From the NCBI GenBank assembly GCA_964482725.1, contig CAYZYT010000002.1:74437-138436 (forward strand): a stretch of 64,000 bases of DNA. The letters are read 5' to 3'. The DNA comes from an uncultured bacterium (GTDB lineage Bacteria; Omnitrophota; Omnitrophia; Omnitrophales; Aquincolibacteriaceae). Below, piece after piece: positions 1-10,394 of the stretch. A program made the position numbers and the translations under genes. The notes under the pieces are model-generated. The model had not been told where the DNA came from and made no database searches. It was given only the letters and a program-made list of their open reading frames with translations. Every line of letters starts with the position of its first letter. The first letter of the stretch is position 1.

Positions 1-322
1 AAGGATAAATAACGGCTGTTCCGGGCTTGAGGGGCCGGAACTCGTAGCTAAAAGTCTGAGAAACCGTCTCGCCCGTTTCCTGAGATTGATTTTGATTCTC
101 GAGCGTTAGATTTTCAAGCTTCGGTTCCAGGGAATTTAATTCATACGGATCTTCCGCCTTAGGCCATTCGAGCTGGAGCTTCAAGATCACACTTTGATCG
201 GCAGCGATCTGTTTGGAAGGAGGTTCGACCTTGAGGCGTGGTGCCGCAAAGACCGAGGGCGAGAAGATCCCTATCAGGAAAATTCCAAAAAGGCAGATCG
301 TGTATCGGTGATTGGATGCCAT
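1..322 (-). CDS. Secreted protein, BatD-like Ig domain (partial, runs off window start)
   Basis: Hand translation from ATG at 322: MASNHRYTICLFGIFLIGIFSPSVFA-APRLKVE...TFSYEFRPLKPGTAVIYP. Signal peptide plus a BatD-type F-x-P-x-K-x-G strand pattern; absent from the ORF track because it is truncated. Confidence 0.6.
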   Translation of the reverse strand, partial: MASNHRYTICLFGIFLIGIFSPSVFAAPRLKVEPPSKQIAADQSVILKLQLEWPKAEDPYELNSLEPKLENLTLENQNQSQETGETVSQTFSYEFRPLKPGTAVIYP

Positions 323-338
323 AATTCTTTTTGTTTCC

Positions 339-416
339 GGATGGTGGATGGAGCCTAGAAAAACATGGAAGGAGGATAACGTTTTGGCTTTTTCGCCATC
401 CGCCATCCTCCCTCCA
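339..416. repeat. Inverted heptamer-repeat element (GGATGGT/GGATGGA ... CGCCATC x2) downstream of dnaK
   Basis: 7-nt periodic arms in opposite orientation read directly from the sequence. Confidence 0.45.
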
Positions 417-426
417 TTTTTCGCGC

Positions 427-2355
427 TTACTCTTTTTTCTTCTTCTTTTCCTCGTCATCGACGACTTCATAATCCGCATCGACAACGCCCTCGTCTTTTT
501 TCCCTTCAGCTTCCGCTCCGGGAGTGGCGCCACCCTTGTTGCCGGCTTTTTTTGCGGCTTCTTCATACATTTTCTGTGCGATCGTATGCGAGGCCGTCCC
601 AAGCTTCTGGCTGGCTTTTTCCAGTTCTTCCTTGGATTCGCTGGTCAGAGAAGCCTTCGCTTCGACCATGGCTTCTTCGACCTTCTTTTTCTCATCTTCC
701 GAGATCTTGTCGCCGTGCTCCTTCAGCGTTTTCTCGGTCGCATAGATGAGATTATCCAATTGATTGCGCGCGGTAATAACTTCGTGCCTCTTTTTGTCCT
801 CTTCCGCGTTGGCCTGGCCTTCCTTGACAAGTTTATCGACCTCGTCCTTGGAAAGACCGGACGAAGACTCAATACGGATCTTCTGCTCCTTGCCAGTCCC
901 AAGATCTTTAGCGGACACATGCACGATACCATTCGCATCGATATCAAAAGTTACCTCGACTTGCGGGACACCGCGCGGCGCGGGCGGGATACCTTCCAAG
1001 TTGAAGTTCCCAAGCACGCGATTGTTCGCGGCCATTTCCCGCTCCCCTTGAAGCACCTTCACGGTCACTGCGGTTTGATTGTCCGCAGCCGTCGAGAAAA
1101 TCTCGGATTTTCGGGTCGGGATCGTGGTGTTGCGCTCGATCAGCTTCGTCATGACACCGCCCAAGGTTTCGATGCCCAGTGAAAGCGGAGTGACGTCGAG
1201 GAGCAAAATATCTTTGACGTCGCCTTTGAGAACACCCCCCTGGATCGCAGCGCCGATCGCCACCACCTCATCCGGGTTCACGCCTTGATGTGGGACCTTC
1301 TTAAAAAGGTCCTTCACTTTTTGAACGACGGCCGGCATGCGGGTCATACCGCCGACCATGATCACCTCATCGATATCCTCGGGTTTCACTCCGGCATCTT
1401 TCATGGCCTGCATACAGGGTGCGACCGTGCGTTCGATGAGATCGACCACCAACTGTTCGAGCTTTGCGCGCGTCAGAGTTAAAAGCAGATGCTTGGGACC
1501 CGAGGCATCCGCCGTAATGAACGGCAGATTAATGTCCGTACTCTGCGCGGTGGAAAGTTCGCACTTGGCTTTTTCCGCGGCTTCCTTCAGGCGCTGAATC
1601 GCCATTTTGTCTTTACTGAGGTCGATCCCCTCCGTTTTCTTAAACTCCAAGATGAGCCAATCGATGATCTTCTGGTCGAAATCATCGCCGCCCAGATGCG
1701 TGTCGCCATTCGTAGCTTTTACTTCAAAAACGCCTTCTCCGATATCGAGGATCGAAATATCGAACGTTCCGCCGCCGAGGTCGTAGACCGCGATGGTCTC
1801 GTCCTTTTTCTTATCCATCCCGTACGCAAGAGCAGCCGCGGTCGGCTCGTTGATAATTCGCAGAACCTCCAGCCCCGCAATCTGACCGGCGTCCTTGGTG
1901 GCCTGGCGTTGGGCATCATTAAAGTACGCCGGCACGGTAATGACGGCCTGCGTGATGGGCTCTCCCAGATACATCTCGGCGTCCGCCTTGAGTTTTTGAA
2001 GAACCTTGGCCGAGATCTCCGGCGGAGTGTAATCCCTTTTTTCCTGCGGGATGTTAAAGATCGCCTCACCGTGCTTGCCGGCCTTCACTTTAAACGGAAC
2101 CATCTGAACTTCATGGCCTGCTTCCTCAAAACGCCTCCCGATGAAACGCTTGGCGCTAAAGATCGTGTTCTCCGAATTCGTAACAGCCTGGCGCTTGGCC
2201 GTTTGCCCTACCAGTTCGCCGTTCTTTGTGAATGCGACGATGGAGGGCGTGGTGCGATTGCCTTCCTTGTTCTCGATCACCTTGGAATCCGTTCCGTCGA
2301 TGATCGCCATGCACGAGTTAGTCGTTCCTAAGTCAATTCCTAGAATTTTTCCCAT
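427..2355 (-). CDS. dnaK: Chaperone DnaK (Hsp70)
   Basis: [27 protein letters not shown] motifs; AGGAG ribosome binding site. Confidence 0.99.
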   Translation of the reverse strand: MGKILGIDLGTTNSCMAIIDGTDSKVIENKEGNRTTPSIVAFTKNGELVGQTAKRQAVTNSENTIFSAKRFIGRRFEEAGHEVQMVPFKVKAGKHGEAIFNIPQEKRDYTPPEISAKVLQKLKADAEMYLGEPITQAVITVPAYFNDAQRQATKDAGQIAGLEVLRIINEPTAAALAYGMDKKKDETIAVYDLGGGTFDISILDIGEGVFEVKATNGDTHLGGDDFDQKIIDWLILEFKKTEGIDLSKDKMAIQRLKEAAEKAKCELSTAQSTDINLPFITADASGPKHLLLTLTRAKLEQLVVDLIERTVAPCMQAMKDAGVKPEDIDEVIMVGGMTRMPAVVQKVKDLFKKVPHQGVNPDEVVAIGAAIQGGVLKGDVKDILLLDVTPLSLGIETLGGVMTKLIERNTTIPTRKSEIFSTAADNQTAVTVKVLQGEREMAANNRVLGNFNLEGIPPAPRGVPQVEVTFDIDANGIVHVSAKDLGTGKEQKIRIESSSGLSKDEVDKLVKEGQANAEEDKKRHEVITARNQLDNLIYATEKTLKEHGDKISEDEKKKVEEAMVEAKASLTSESKEELEKASQKLGTASHTIAQKMYEEAAKKAGNKGGATPGAEAEGKKDEGVVDADYEVVDDEEKKKKKE

Positions 2356-2407
2356 GTTCGCTTCTCCTTTTTATGTTCGTTAATTACGACATTCACACCA
2401 TCTATCA

Positions 2408-2424
2408 TTCAACTATCATGCCAA
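2408..2424 (-). promoter_or_regulatory. Putative sigma54 (-24/-12) promoter of dnaK
   Basis: Minus strand TTGGCATGATAGTTGAA = GG-N10-GA (consensus GG-N10-GC). Confidence 0.55.
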
Positions 2425-2510
2425 ATGTCTCAAAATGGTTCGACTACAAACCCTTGCAAATAAACGAGTTATAGCGATGCGTTTTATTATGCTAAAGCTC
2501 AAAGCTCTCA

Positions 2511-2529
2511 TTGCGTCATTTTGACGCAA
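2511..2529. promoter_or_regulatory. Palindromic upstream activator site for an NtrC-family enhancer-binding protein
   Basis: TTGCGTCA-TTT-TGACGCAA perfect 8-bp inverted repeat about 90-105 bp upstream of the -24 element; IHF-like AATAAACGAGTTA at 2459-2471. Confidence 0.55.
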
Positions 2530-2591
2530 CCTTTTGTAACTAAACGACAAAATTCAAATCTTTCAAGATGGCTTTCCACGAGAATCTAATG

Positions 2592-3956
2592 TCAAACCAA
2601 TTTATATTCTTCCAACTTGCGGTAGAGCGTGCGGCGGGAGATTCCGAGCTTTTCGGCAGCTGTAGATTTATTCCCCCGGGTTTCCACAAGCGCGGTTCGA
2701 ATGAGCTCCTTTTCAACATCCGAGATCCTCGCGATGCCCTGGAGTGAAACATTTCCAATCGCTCCCGACGCTTCAGACCTTCCCTTCCGTATATCGTCAG
2801 GGATCTGTTCCAAGGTCAGAAAATCTCCGGAACTCAGGACGATCATACGCTCGACAATGTTTTTGAGTTCGCGGATATTTCCGGGCCAGTCGTATCTCAC
2901 AAGCGTTTCGAGAGCGTCTTTCTTGATTCCCCGGATTTTTTTTGAGTTCAGGGCGGCGTATTGGTGGATAAAGGCATCGACGAGCGGCGCGATATCTTCC
3001 TTCCGTTCCCGAAGGGGTGGCACCTTCAAATAAATAACATTAATGCGATAATAAAGATCCTCGCGGAATTTATGTTGCTGCACTTCATCCAGGAGCGTTT
3101 TGTTCGTGGCGGCAATAAGGCGGACATCTACTTTGATCGTCTTGGTGCCCCCCACGCGTTCAAACTCCCCCTCTTGAAGCACTCGAAGGAGTTTCACCTG
3201 AGTCTCTTTCGTGATTTCTCCGATCTCATCCAGAAAAAGACTGCCTTGATGCGCGCGTTCAAAACGTCCCTTCTTTCTATCCGTCGCTCCGGTAAAGGCG
3301 CCCTTCTCGTGGCCAAAAAGCTCGCTGGAGAGAAGCGTGTCCGTAAGTGCCGCGCAGTGCACCGCAATAAAAGGAAATTGTTTTCTTGGGCTAAGCTCAT
3401 GGATTCGACGCGCGATAAGCTCTTTGCCTGTGCCGCTTTCTCCTTCGATCAAGACGGACGCGTTGGAGACCGCGATCTTATCGACGGTCTTGAGGAGTTC
3501 CCTCATTTTTGGGGATTGTGCGATCAGCCGGCCCTGGTCATAGCGCTCCCGAAAGAGCTCCTGCTTGAGTTCCCGATTTTCTTCTTCCAGCTGATGGCTG
3601 CTGAATGCTTTTTTGATGAGAAATTCAAGTTCTTCAAGATTGACGGGCTTTGTTAAATAGTAGAAGGCGCCTTTTTTCATGGCCTTGACCGCGTCTTCGA
3701 CAGAACCGTAGGCCGTGAGCAAGAGGACTTTCGCGGACGGGGCTTCGGCCTTAATCGATTCCAGAAGCGTTATGCCATCCATTTCCGGCATACGAATGTC
3801 CGAAATAACGAGATCGGGATTCTCCTTTTTAAAAAGCTCCAGGGCCTCCTTGCCATTTGAGGCGGTCATAACATCATAGTCCAAGCCCTGAAGAAATTGG
3901 GTCAGCCCCTTTCGGGAATTCGCCTCATCTTCGGCAAGCAGAATCCTTTCAAACAT
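2592..3956 (-). CDS. Sigma54-dependent response regulator, NtrC/AtoC/ZraR family (REC-AAA+-Fis HTH)
   Basis: SDIRMP receiver, GESGTGKE Walker A, GAFTGA, WPGNIREL, LGISRRTLYRKL; ATG at 3956 follows GGAGG. Confidence 0.96.
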   Translation of the reverse strand: MFERILLAEDEANSRKGLTQFLQGLDYDVMTASNGKEALELFKKENPDLVISDIRMPEMDGITLLESIKAEAPSAKVLLLTAYGSVEDAVKAMKKGAFYYLTKPVNLEELEFLIKKAFSSHQLEEENRELKQELFRERYDQGRLIAQSPKMRELLKTVDKIAVSNASVLIEGESGTGKELIARRIHELSPRKQFPFIAVHCAALTDTLLSSELFGHEKGAFTGATDRKKGRFERAHQGSLFLDEIGEITKETQVKLLRVLQEGEFERVGGTKTIKVDVRLIAATNKTLLDEVQQHKFREDLYYRINVIYLKVPPLRERKEDIAPLVDAFIHQYAALNSKKIRGIKKDALETLVRYDWPGNIRELKNIVERMIVLSSGDFLTLEQIPDDIRKGRSEASGAIGNVSLQGIARISDVEKELIRTALVETRGNKSTAAEKLGISRRTLYRKLEEYKLV

Positions 3957-3961
3957 AACGG

Positions 3962-5137
3962 TCAACCTCCCTCATTGGGGTCTTGGTAATTCGGCAGTTG
4001 AAGTTGAGGTTCGCGAATGGGCAAGAGAACCTTGAACGTGGTCCCCCGGCTCAACTTGCTTGCGACCTCGATCTTGCCACCATGCTCGGCAACGGCGTCG
4101 TAGACCATCATAAGCCCGAGGCCCGAGCCCTCCGGCTTGGTGGTGTAATAGATGTCGAAGATCCTGGAGAGTTCCTTCTCGGCAATACCGCAACCCGTGT
4201 CCGCAATCCCAACAGTCACACAATGCTGTTTATGCGTCACCGCGATCTTGAGAGAGCCTCCCGTGGGCATAGCCTCCAAGGCATTCTTGATCAGATTCAT
4301 AAAAGCATAATAAAGACGTTCCCGGTCCATCAGAAATTCCGGAAGGCCCTTATCTTTCGAGAATTTCACAAGGACTTTCGCAACATCCAGCTGCGGTCTT
4401 AGGAAAGCGATGGCATCGTCGATCACTTCGTTCAGGTCATCCAATCGAAATCGAAGCGGCGGCTTCCGTGTGGCTTTGAGAAAATTCCGGATAATTCGGT
4501 CAAGCCTCCGGGTCTCATCCTGAATGTCACTCAAAGAGTCGGCGATCTCTTTTCGCTTCTCGTCAGGAAGTCCGGCCAGGCGTTTTTTTAAAAGCTCTAG
4601 ATGGATCGTAATGGCGTTAAGCGGATTACCGATCTCATGAGCGATACCTCCGGCCAATCGGACCAGACTTTCCATGCGTGAGAGCATCGCCGCTTCGAAT
4701 TCCTGATCCGTGCGCGAAGTGATATCTGCGAGGAGAATCACAAAAGATGATTTTCCGTACTCCTCGCGAGGAAGGAGGGTGACGCGAAGTTGTATTTCCC
4801 GAGGAACGAGGATTCGGAGATCCTGGACCCTACGCGTTCGGGAGGTCGTGATATTTTCTTTAAGAAAAGCCGCACAAGAAGGGTCCTGAACCTGATGCCA
4901 TAGAGGCTGCTTCGCGGCGGTCCGTATGCCTCCCAGCCAGTCATCGGCCTTGGGGTTGACAAAAACGGGATACCCTTTTGAGTCCGTAATGACGACCCCT
5001 TCATCTAAACTCTGGAATACTTCTTCGAGCTGAAGCTTCTCTTGGGCAGTCTCAAGGAGCCTGAGATATAGAGAATCTTTTTCAATCTGCGGAAGACGCG
5101 GCTTCAGCCGTTTTATAAAATCAAGTTTTTCGCTCAT
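3962..5137 (-). CDS. Cytoplasmic PAS sensor histidine kinase (NtrB-like)
   Basis: PAS-like LDEGVVITD; H-box AHEIGNPL; NLIKNA, DTGCGI, GSGLGL boxes; no transmembrane segment. Confidence 0.93.
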   Translation of the reverse strand: MSEKLDFIKRLKPRLPQIEKDSLYLRLLETAQEKLQLEEVFQSLDEGVVITDSKGYPVFVNPKADDWLGGIRTAAKQPLWHQVQDPSCAAFLKENITTSRTRRVQDLRILVPREIQLRVTLLPREEYGKSSFVILLADITSRTDQEFEAAMLSRMESLVRLAGGIAHEIGNPLNAITIHLELLKKRLAGLPDEKRKEIADSLSDIQDETRRLDRIIRNFLKATRKPPLRFRLDDLNEVIDDAIAFLRPQLDVAKVLVKFSKDKGLPEFLMDRERLYYAFMNLIKNALEAMPTGGSLKIAVTHKQHCVTVGIADTGCGIAEKELSRIFDIYYTTKPEGSGLGLMMVYDAVAEHGGKIEVASKLSRGTTFKVLLPIREPQLQLPNYQDPNEGG

Positions 5138-5768
5138 GCGTTTCTTTCACTCCCTTGACGTTCTCGATGAAACTCCGAAGCAGTCGGGGATCTTTGGTGC
5201 CGGGACTGGACTCAACCCCGCTTGCAACATCCACCGCGAACGGACGGACCTTTTCAATCGCTTGCGCGACATTCACCGGGTTGAGCCCTCCGGCGAGAAA
5301 AAGCTTATCGTGAACATAGGGCTTGTCTTCGATGATGCTCCAGTCAAAGGGGATGCCCGAGCCCCCTTTCTCAGAATGAGAATACGTATCAAAAAGAAAT
5401 GCGCTCACATTGTATTCGGCGATCCGCTTCAGGCTCATAGCGTCTTTTACGTGAAAAGTTTTGATGATCTCATAGCCTTTCCGAATGAACGAATCGCAAT
5501 AAAGCGCGGTTTCTTCGCCGTGGAACTGAAGAAATTTGAGTTGGAGCCGATCAGCGATTATCTCCACTTCTTTCTTGGGCTGATTGCAAAAGACGCCCAC
5601 CGTGTTTTTAAAGCCTGCAAGCTTCGCGAGAATTCCCATCGCGTTATCGACCGTGATCACGCGCTTGCTTGTGGGAGCAAAAATAAAACCAAGATAGTCC
5701 GCCCCGAGATCCGCGGCCAGCTGCGCCTGCTCGTAATTGGTATTGCCACAAATCTTGACGCGCGTCAC
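5121..5768 (-). CDS. trpF: Phosphoribosylanthranilate isomerase
   Basis: VKICG, LQFHGEE, FLAGGL, DVASGVE. Confidence 0.96.
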   Translation of the reverse strand: MTRVKICGNTNYEQAQLAADLGADYLGFIFAPTSKRVITVDNAMGILAKLAGFKNTVGVFCNQPKKEVEIIADRLQLKFLQFHGEETALYCDSFIRKGYEIIKTFHVKDAMSLKRIAEYNVSAFLFDTYSHSEKGGSGIPFDWSIIEDKPYVHDKLFLAGGLNPVNVAQAIEKVRPFAVDVASGVESSPGTKDPRLLRSFIENVKGVKETHERKT

Positions 5769-6577
5769 AGGGATTCCTCCGCGGCAGAAACCTCTTTTTT
5801 CCCAAGGAGCCTTTGAAGTGCGGAAGAGATATCAGGAGATTTCATCAGAGTGGAGCCGATAAGAAAAGCGTGGGCGCCGAGACTTTTGTACATCAGCAAT
5901 TCGTCATGGGAGCTCAGGCCGCTTTCCACCACAATGGCGATCCCCTTCGGAATATGAGGGATAAGCTGTTTGGCACGGTCAGGATCAACCTTGAGCGTCT
6001 TAAGATCGCGGTTATTGATCCCGATCGTCGTGGCTCCGGCTTCAACCGCCTTCTTGAGCTCTGCGTCCGAATGGACCTCGACTAAAGCGTCCATCTGGAG
6101 TTCCTTCCCCAAGGTGATCAAGTCTTTCAATTCCTCTTCGCTCAGGATCGAGGCGATCAAGAGAAACGCATCGGCCTCGAGGAGTGCGGTTTCATAAAGC
6201 TGAAAACGCTCAAAAATGAAATCTTTTCGGAGGAGCGGAAGCTTCGTGACTTGCCGTACGGTTTTCAAATAACTGGGACGACCTTTGAAGTAATGGGACT
6301 CTGTGAGCACCGAGATCGCGCAGGCGCCCGCATACTCGTACAGGCTTGCGATACGAAGCGGCTGAAAATTCTCGCGCAGGACACCCTCCGACGGAGACGC
6401 TTTCTTGAGTTCCGCGATAATATTGAGGTGACGCATGGACAAGATCGCGTTGCGGAAAGAGCGGGGTTTCGGCCGCTCTGTTTTTTCGATAATGCGCTGA
6501 AGCCGGGCCAATGGCATGCGCTGCTTCAGCTCATCGAGATCTTTCCGTTTCTGGAGAAGGATATCATTCAGGATCAT
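5765..6577 (-). CDS. trpC: Indole-3-glycerol phosphate synthase
   Basis: IAELKKASPS, LLRKDFI, GINNRDL, VESG. Confidence 0.97.
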   Translation of the reverse strand: MILNDILLQKRKDLDELKQRMPLARLQRIIEKTERPKPRSFRNAILSMRHLNIIAELKKASPSEGVLRENFQPLRIASLYEYAGACAISVLTESHYFKGRPSYLKTVRQVTKLPLLRKDFIFERFQLYETALLEADAFLLIASILSEEELKDLITLGKELQMDALVEVHSDAELKKAVEAGATTIGINNRDLKTLKVDPDRAKQLIPHIPKGIAIVVESGLSSHDELLMYKSLGAHAFLIGSTLMKSPDISSALQRLLGKKEVSAAEESL

Positions 6578-6578
6578 A

Positions 6579-7673
6579 TCAGCACCTCTCCCTGCTACGC
6601 CCGTGCGGCGGGGACCGTTTCACCCCCCTGGGATTCGTTATGCGACGCAGTTGTGTCAGAACGCTCCGGGCATGTCCCGAATCAAGGGATTCTTCAGCGA
6701 AAACAATGCCCTCTTCAACAGAGCTCGCCTTCCCGCAGAGCAAAAGTCCGTAGGCAGCATTCAAGACGATCGTGTCGCGTGCCGGGCCTTTTTCTTTTCC
6801 TAAAAGAATGTCTTCGGAACGCCGTTTGCTTGTCCTGACGGAATGAACACGCAGATGCTTGAGGGATGCCTTTTTGAGGCCATAAATTTCGGGACGGATC
6901 ACCGACATCCGCATTTTATTCGGCGTCACCCAGGCAACCGCCGTGGGGACCGAAGTCGAGATCTCGTCCATGCCGTCAAAGCTGTGGCACACAAGTGCGG
7001 TCTTTCTGCCCAACTTTAAAAGGACCTTGGCGTAAAGCGGGATCAGGCGTTTTTCGGAAACGCCCACAAGCTGATGATCCAGCCGCATCGGATTCACCAA
7101 AGGTCCGAGCAGGTTAAGAATGGTCCGCTGTCTGAGCGTTTTGCGCAAAGGCTGCAACTTGGCGAAAACGGGATGATGGAACGGGGCGTGAAAATATCCA
7201 AAGCCGATGGTTGGGATCGCACCGATCATTTTTCGGGGGTCCGTATCGAGTTTGACGCCGAAAGCTTCCATAAGATCGGAACTTCCCGATTTTGAAGAGA
7301 TCGCACGATTGCCGTGCTTAGCGATCTTCCCGCCCGCGCCCGCGATGACGAGGGCAACCAAGGTAGAGATATTAAGGGTTCTCCGGCCATCCCCGCCGGT
7401 GCCGCAGGTATCCATGAGTCCGGCGATCTTGGGACCGATCGATTTTTCGAGAGCTTGGAGCGCCCGAAGACAACCGAGAAGCTCGTCAGCCGTCTCTCCC
7501 TTGTGAGCCAGCAGAAGCAAAAAACTTTTAGCCTGAGCCAAAGAGAGGCTCCCCGTAAAAAGGAGGTGAAAAAGTTTTTGGGCCTGCGTAAGTGACAAAG
7601 AACGACCCGTGACAATCCGGAGGAGAAGACTGTTCAGCCAGGATGGGCGTATGAACTCAGCCGTTCGGATCAT
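6579..7673 (-). CDS. trpD: Anthranilate phosphoribosyltransferase
   Basis: [28 protein letters not shown]; start moved to ATG 7673, which overlaps the trpG stop. Confidence 0.95.
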   Translation of the reverse strand: MIRTAEFIRPSWLNSLLLRIVTGRSLSLTQAQKLFHLLFTGSLSLAQAKSFLLLLAHKGETADELLGCLRALQALEKSIGPKIAGLMDTCGTGGDGRRTLNISTLVALVIAGAGGKIAKHGNRAISSKSGSSDLMEAFGVKLDTDPRKMIGAIPTIGFGYFHAPFHHPVFAKLQPLRKTLRQRTILNLLGPLVNPMRLDHQLVGVSEKRLIPLYAKVLLKLGRKTALVCHSFDGMDEISTSVPTAVAWVTPNKMRMSVIRPEIYGLKKASLKHLRVHSVRTSKRRSEDILLGKEKGPARDTIVLNAAYGLLLCGKASSVEEGIVFAEESLDSGHARSVLTQLRRITNPRGVKRSPPHGRSRERC

Positions 7674-8239
7674 TTCGAAAGGTCCAAAAAGTTCTTGAGG
7701 AGCTGCATGCCCGAAGCGGTCATAATGGATTCGGGATGGAATTGAACGCCCCAAGTCGGATGGGTCTTATGCTTAAGCCCCATGATCTCCTGCTCTCGGG
7801 TCCAAGCCGTGATCTTAAGGGTATCCGGAAGAGATTTCTTTTCAACAAGAAGTGAATGATAGCGAGTGGCGACAAAGGGGTTCGGGATGCCTTTAAAGAG
7901 AGGATCTTTGTCATGATAAACCGGAGAAGTTTTGCCGTGCATAATGTTCGCCGCGCGGATGACTTTACCGCCGAATACGTGGCCGATCGATTGATGGCCC
8001 AGGCAAACTCCCAGGATGGGCACTTTGCCGCTGAAGGTCCGGATCACATCACAGGAGATCCCCGCCTCTTTGGGCGTTTTGGGCCCCGGAGAGATAACGA
8101 TGCGCTTGGGACGGAGGCGTTTGATCTTCGCGATCGTGATCTCATCGTTACGCCAGACGCGAGGGTCCGCACCGAGCTCGCCGAGATATTGCACCAGATT
8201 GTATGTGAAGGAATCGTAGTTATCGATAACCAGAAGCAT
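7670..8239 (-). CDS. trpG: Anthranilate synthase component II (glutamine amidotransferase)
   Basis: [24 protein letters not shown]. Confidence 0.96.
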   Translation of the reverse strand: MLLVIDNYDSFTYNLVQYLGELGADPRVWRNDEITIAKIKRLRPKRIVISPGPKTPKEAGISCDVIRTFSGKVPILGVCLGHQSIGHVFGGKVIRAANIMHGKTSPVYHDKDPLFKGIPNPFVATRYHSLLVEKKSLPDTLKITAWTREQEIMGLKHKTHPTWGVQFHPESIMTASGMQLLKNFLDLSK

Positions 8240-9711
8240 TAAAAAAGGAACCTCTCTTCGATAGCTTTGAGCATCGCTTTGGATTTATTGACCGTCTCAT
8301 CGTATTCACGTCCCGGGTCCGAGTCCTTGACGATCCCGGCACCAGCTTGAAGGAATATTCGATCTTTGTGAAGCATGAGCGTCCGGATCGTGATGCACAT
8401 GTCCATATCCCCATCAAAACCGAAATAACCCAGACAGCCGCCGTAGGGACCGCGCGCCTCAGGCTCAAGTTCGTCAATGATCTGCATGGCGCGGACTTTG
8501 GGAGCTCCGGAAAGGGTCCCGGCAGGAAATGTCGCGCGCAAAAGATCCATAGCCGACGTTCCCGCTTTAAGTTTGCTTTGAACCCGACTGACGAGATGCA
8601 TCACGTGGGAATAGCGCTCAACAAAAGCAAAGCGTTCAACCTTCACTGATTTAAAATCCGAAACGCGCCCGAGATCGTTACGGCCGAGATCGACGAGCAT
8701 CAGGTGCTCCGCCATTTCCTTAACCGACGACCTGAGCTGTTTTTCATACTGCTGATCCTGCGGCTCTGTGAGCCCGCGCGGCCGAGTGCCGGCGATAGGC
8801 CGCACCTCCGCCACACGGTTTGTTTTTTTGACGAGCATTTCGGGCGAGGAGCCGATCAACCGAAACGCGCCGCTCCGAAAATAAAACATATAAGGCGATG
8901 GGTTGATAGATCGGAGCGACCGGTAGATCTGAAAATCGTGCCCGTGATGCGCGAGCTGGAAACGTTGCGACAATACCACCTGAATGCAATCCCCCGCGCG
9001 GATGTATTCCTTAATACGCTTGACCTTGGATTCATAGTCTTTTCGCGACATATTGGCCTGGACATGCGGAAGCGACACGGCTTTTGACGGCGCGGGCATG
9101 CGCAGCGGCTTTTGGAGAAGGTTTTTGTATTTCGCCATTTGCCCGAGGGCATTCTTATAAGCCGCCTCCGGGTTTTTGAATTTTTTAAGATTGACGAGGA
9201 TAACGACGGAAAGCGTTTTCCGGAAATGATCAAATACGACAAAATCTTCGACGCGAAAAAAAATGCCGAGCGGGAAGCCCGGGCCTTTCTTCTTCGTTAT
9301 CAGGATCGTTTCAAAATCGCGGACATTCTCATACGAAAGATAGCCCACGAATCCGCCCCGGAATCCCGGGAAGGCTTCGGGATTGGCGAGTTTGCGCGTG
9401 GCAAGTTCCGCCTCGATCACATTCAAAAGCTTGGCGTCTTTCAGAACTCGCTTCTTCCCGTCCGCCGTGACCGTAACATTTTTTCCGGAGGATTCGTAAA
9501 CAGCAGCAGGCTCGATCCCGAGGAATGAAAAACGCCCGATCTTTTCTTCCTGCTCCGCGGATTCCAGAAGGAATGCGTGGCGCGTTTTTTTGCTGATCTT
9601 TAAGAAACTCGAAACAGGCGTCTCCAGATCCGCAGGAAATGTCTCTGAGAGAGCGACAATGTTCCCTTTTCGCGCCAATTTTTTGAAATCTGCGAGGTCA
9701 GGAGCGATCAT
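8239..9711 (-). CDS. trpE: Anthranilate synthase component I
   Basis: [37 protein letters not shown]. Confidence 0.96.
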   Translation of the reverse strand: MIAPDLADFKKLARKGNIVALSETFPADLETPVSSFLKISKKTRHAFLLESAEQEEKIGRFSFLGIEPAAVYESSGKNVTVTADGKKRVLKDAKLLNVIEAELATRKLANPEAFPGFRGGFVGYLSYENVRDFETILITKKKGPGFPLGIFFRVEDFVVFDHFRKTLSVVILVNLKKFKNPEAAYKNALGQMAKYKNLLQKPLRMPAPSKAVSLPHVQANMSRKDYESKVKRIKEYIRAGDCIQVVLSQRFQLAHHGHDFQIYRSLRSINPSPYMFYFRSGAFRLIGSSPEMLVKKTNRVAEVRPIAGTRPRGLTEPQDQQYEKQLRSSVKEMAEHLMLVDLGRNDLGRVSDFKSVKVERFAFVERYSHVMHLVSRVQSKLKAGTSAMDLLRATFPAGTLSGAPKVRAMQIIDELEPEARGPYGGCLGYFGFDGDMDMCITIRTLMLHKDRIFLQAGAGIVKDSDPGREYDETVNKSKAMLKAIEERFLF

Positions 9712-10088
9712 TTCTTATAGATCTTTTCCGGGTCGAATACTTTCTCTTGAGTGATCTTCACAACATCGCCGCTCTCGTTCATTTCGTGGACAAAGCAGGT
9801 GCGATAACCCAAGTGACAGGCCCCGCCCTTATTTTGCGTGACACGGACAAGAAGCGTATCTTTGTCGCAATCTGTCAGGACTTGCACGACGCTCTGAGTG
9901 TGGCCTGATTCCTCGCCTTTGACCCAATATTTGTTCCGGGACCTGGAGTAGAAAACCGTGTGTTTTTCCTTCAAGGTCCGCTCCACGGCGACTTTATCCA
10001 TGTAAGCGAGCATAAGAACCTCACCGGAACCAGCGTCCTGAATGATGACGGGCAACAGCCCCTGATCGTTATATTTAAGATTTTCCAT
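9708..10088 (-). CDS. hisI: Phosphoribosyl-AMP cyclohydrolase
   Basis: SRSR, WVKGEESG, DCDKD, ACHLGYRTCF. Confidence 0.96.
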   Translation of the reverse strand: MENLKYNDQGLLPVIIQDAGSGEVLMLAYMDKVAVERTLKEKHTVFYSRSRNKYWVKGEESGHTQSVVQVLTDCDKDTLLVRVTQNKGGACHLGYRTCFVHEMNESGDVVKITQEKVFDPEKIYKK

Positions 10089-10237
10089 TAAAACGTATTC
10101 TCCTTTGAATAATCCTGATTTTTATTCATTTTTTAAATAGCATTCGAAACAGTTCCATGACCCTGCTTGAAATTCATAAGAGACTTTGGACAATGAAGTT
10201 ACATCAAAAAGCGTTCGTCTTCATTGAAGCGATGTCG

Positions 10238-10265
10238 AGTATGCCACAAAGGAACTGTGTGTCAA
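10238..10265 (-). promoter_or_regulatory. Putative sigma70 promoter upstream of hisI-trp
   Basis: TTGACA-N16-CATACT. Confidence 0.45.
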
Positions 10266-10394
10266 GGGGATACACTTATGGGGTCGAATAGGCTGCACGG
10301 AATTTCCAGAAATCGTGAAACTCTCTCAGACGGCCGATCGATCAAAACCGCGGCACTGACTCTCCAGCAAGATTGAGTGCAAACAAGCGCCTGT

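Noticed and set aside
2356-2591. CIRCE (HrcA) operator upstream of dnaK
   Set aside because: No TTAGCACTC-N9-GAGTGCTAA seen
6579-6640. Odd C-terminal tail of TrpD as another inserted element
   Set aside because: No clear inverted repeat or second copy in the window
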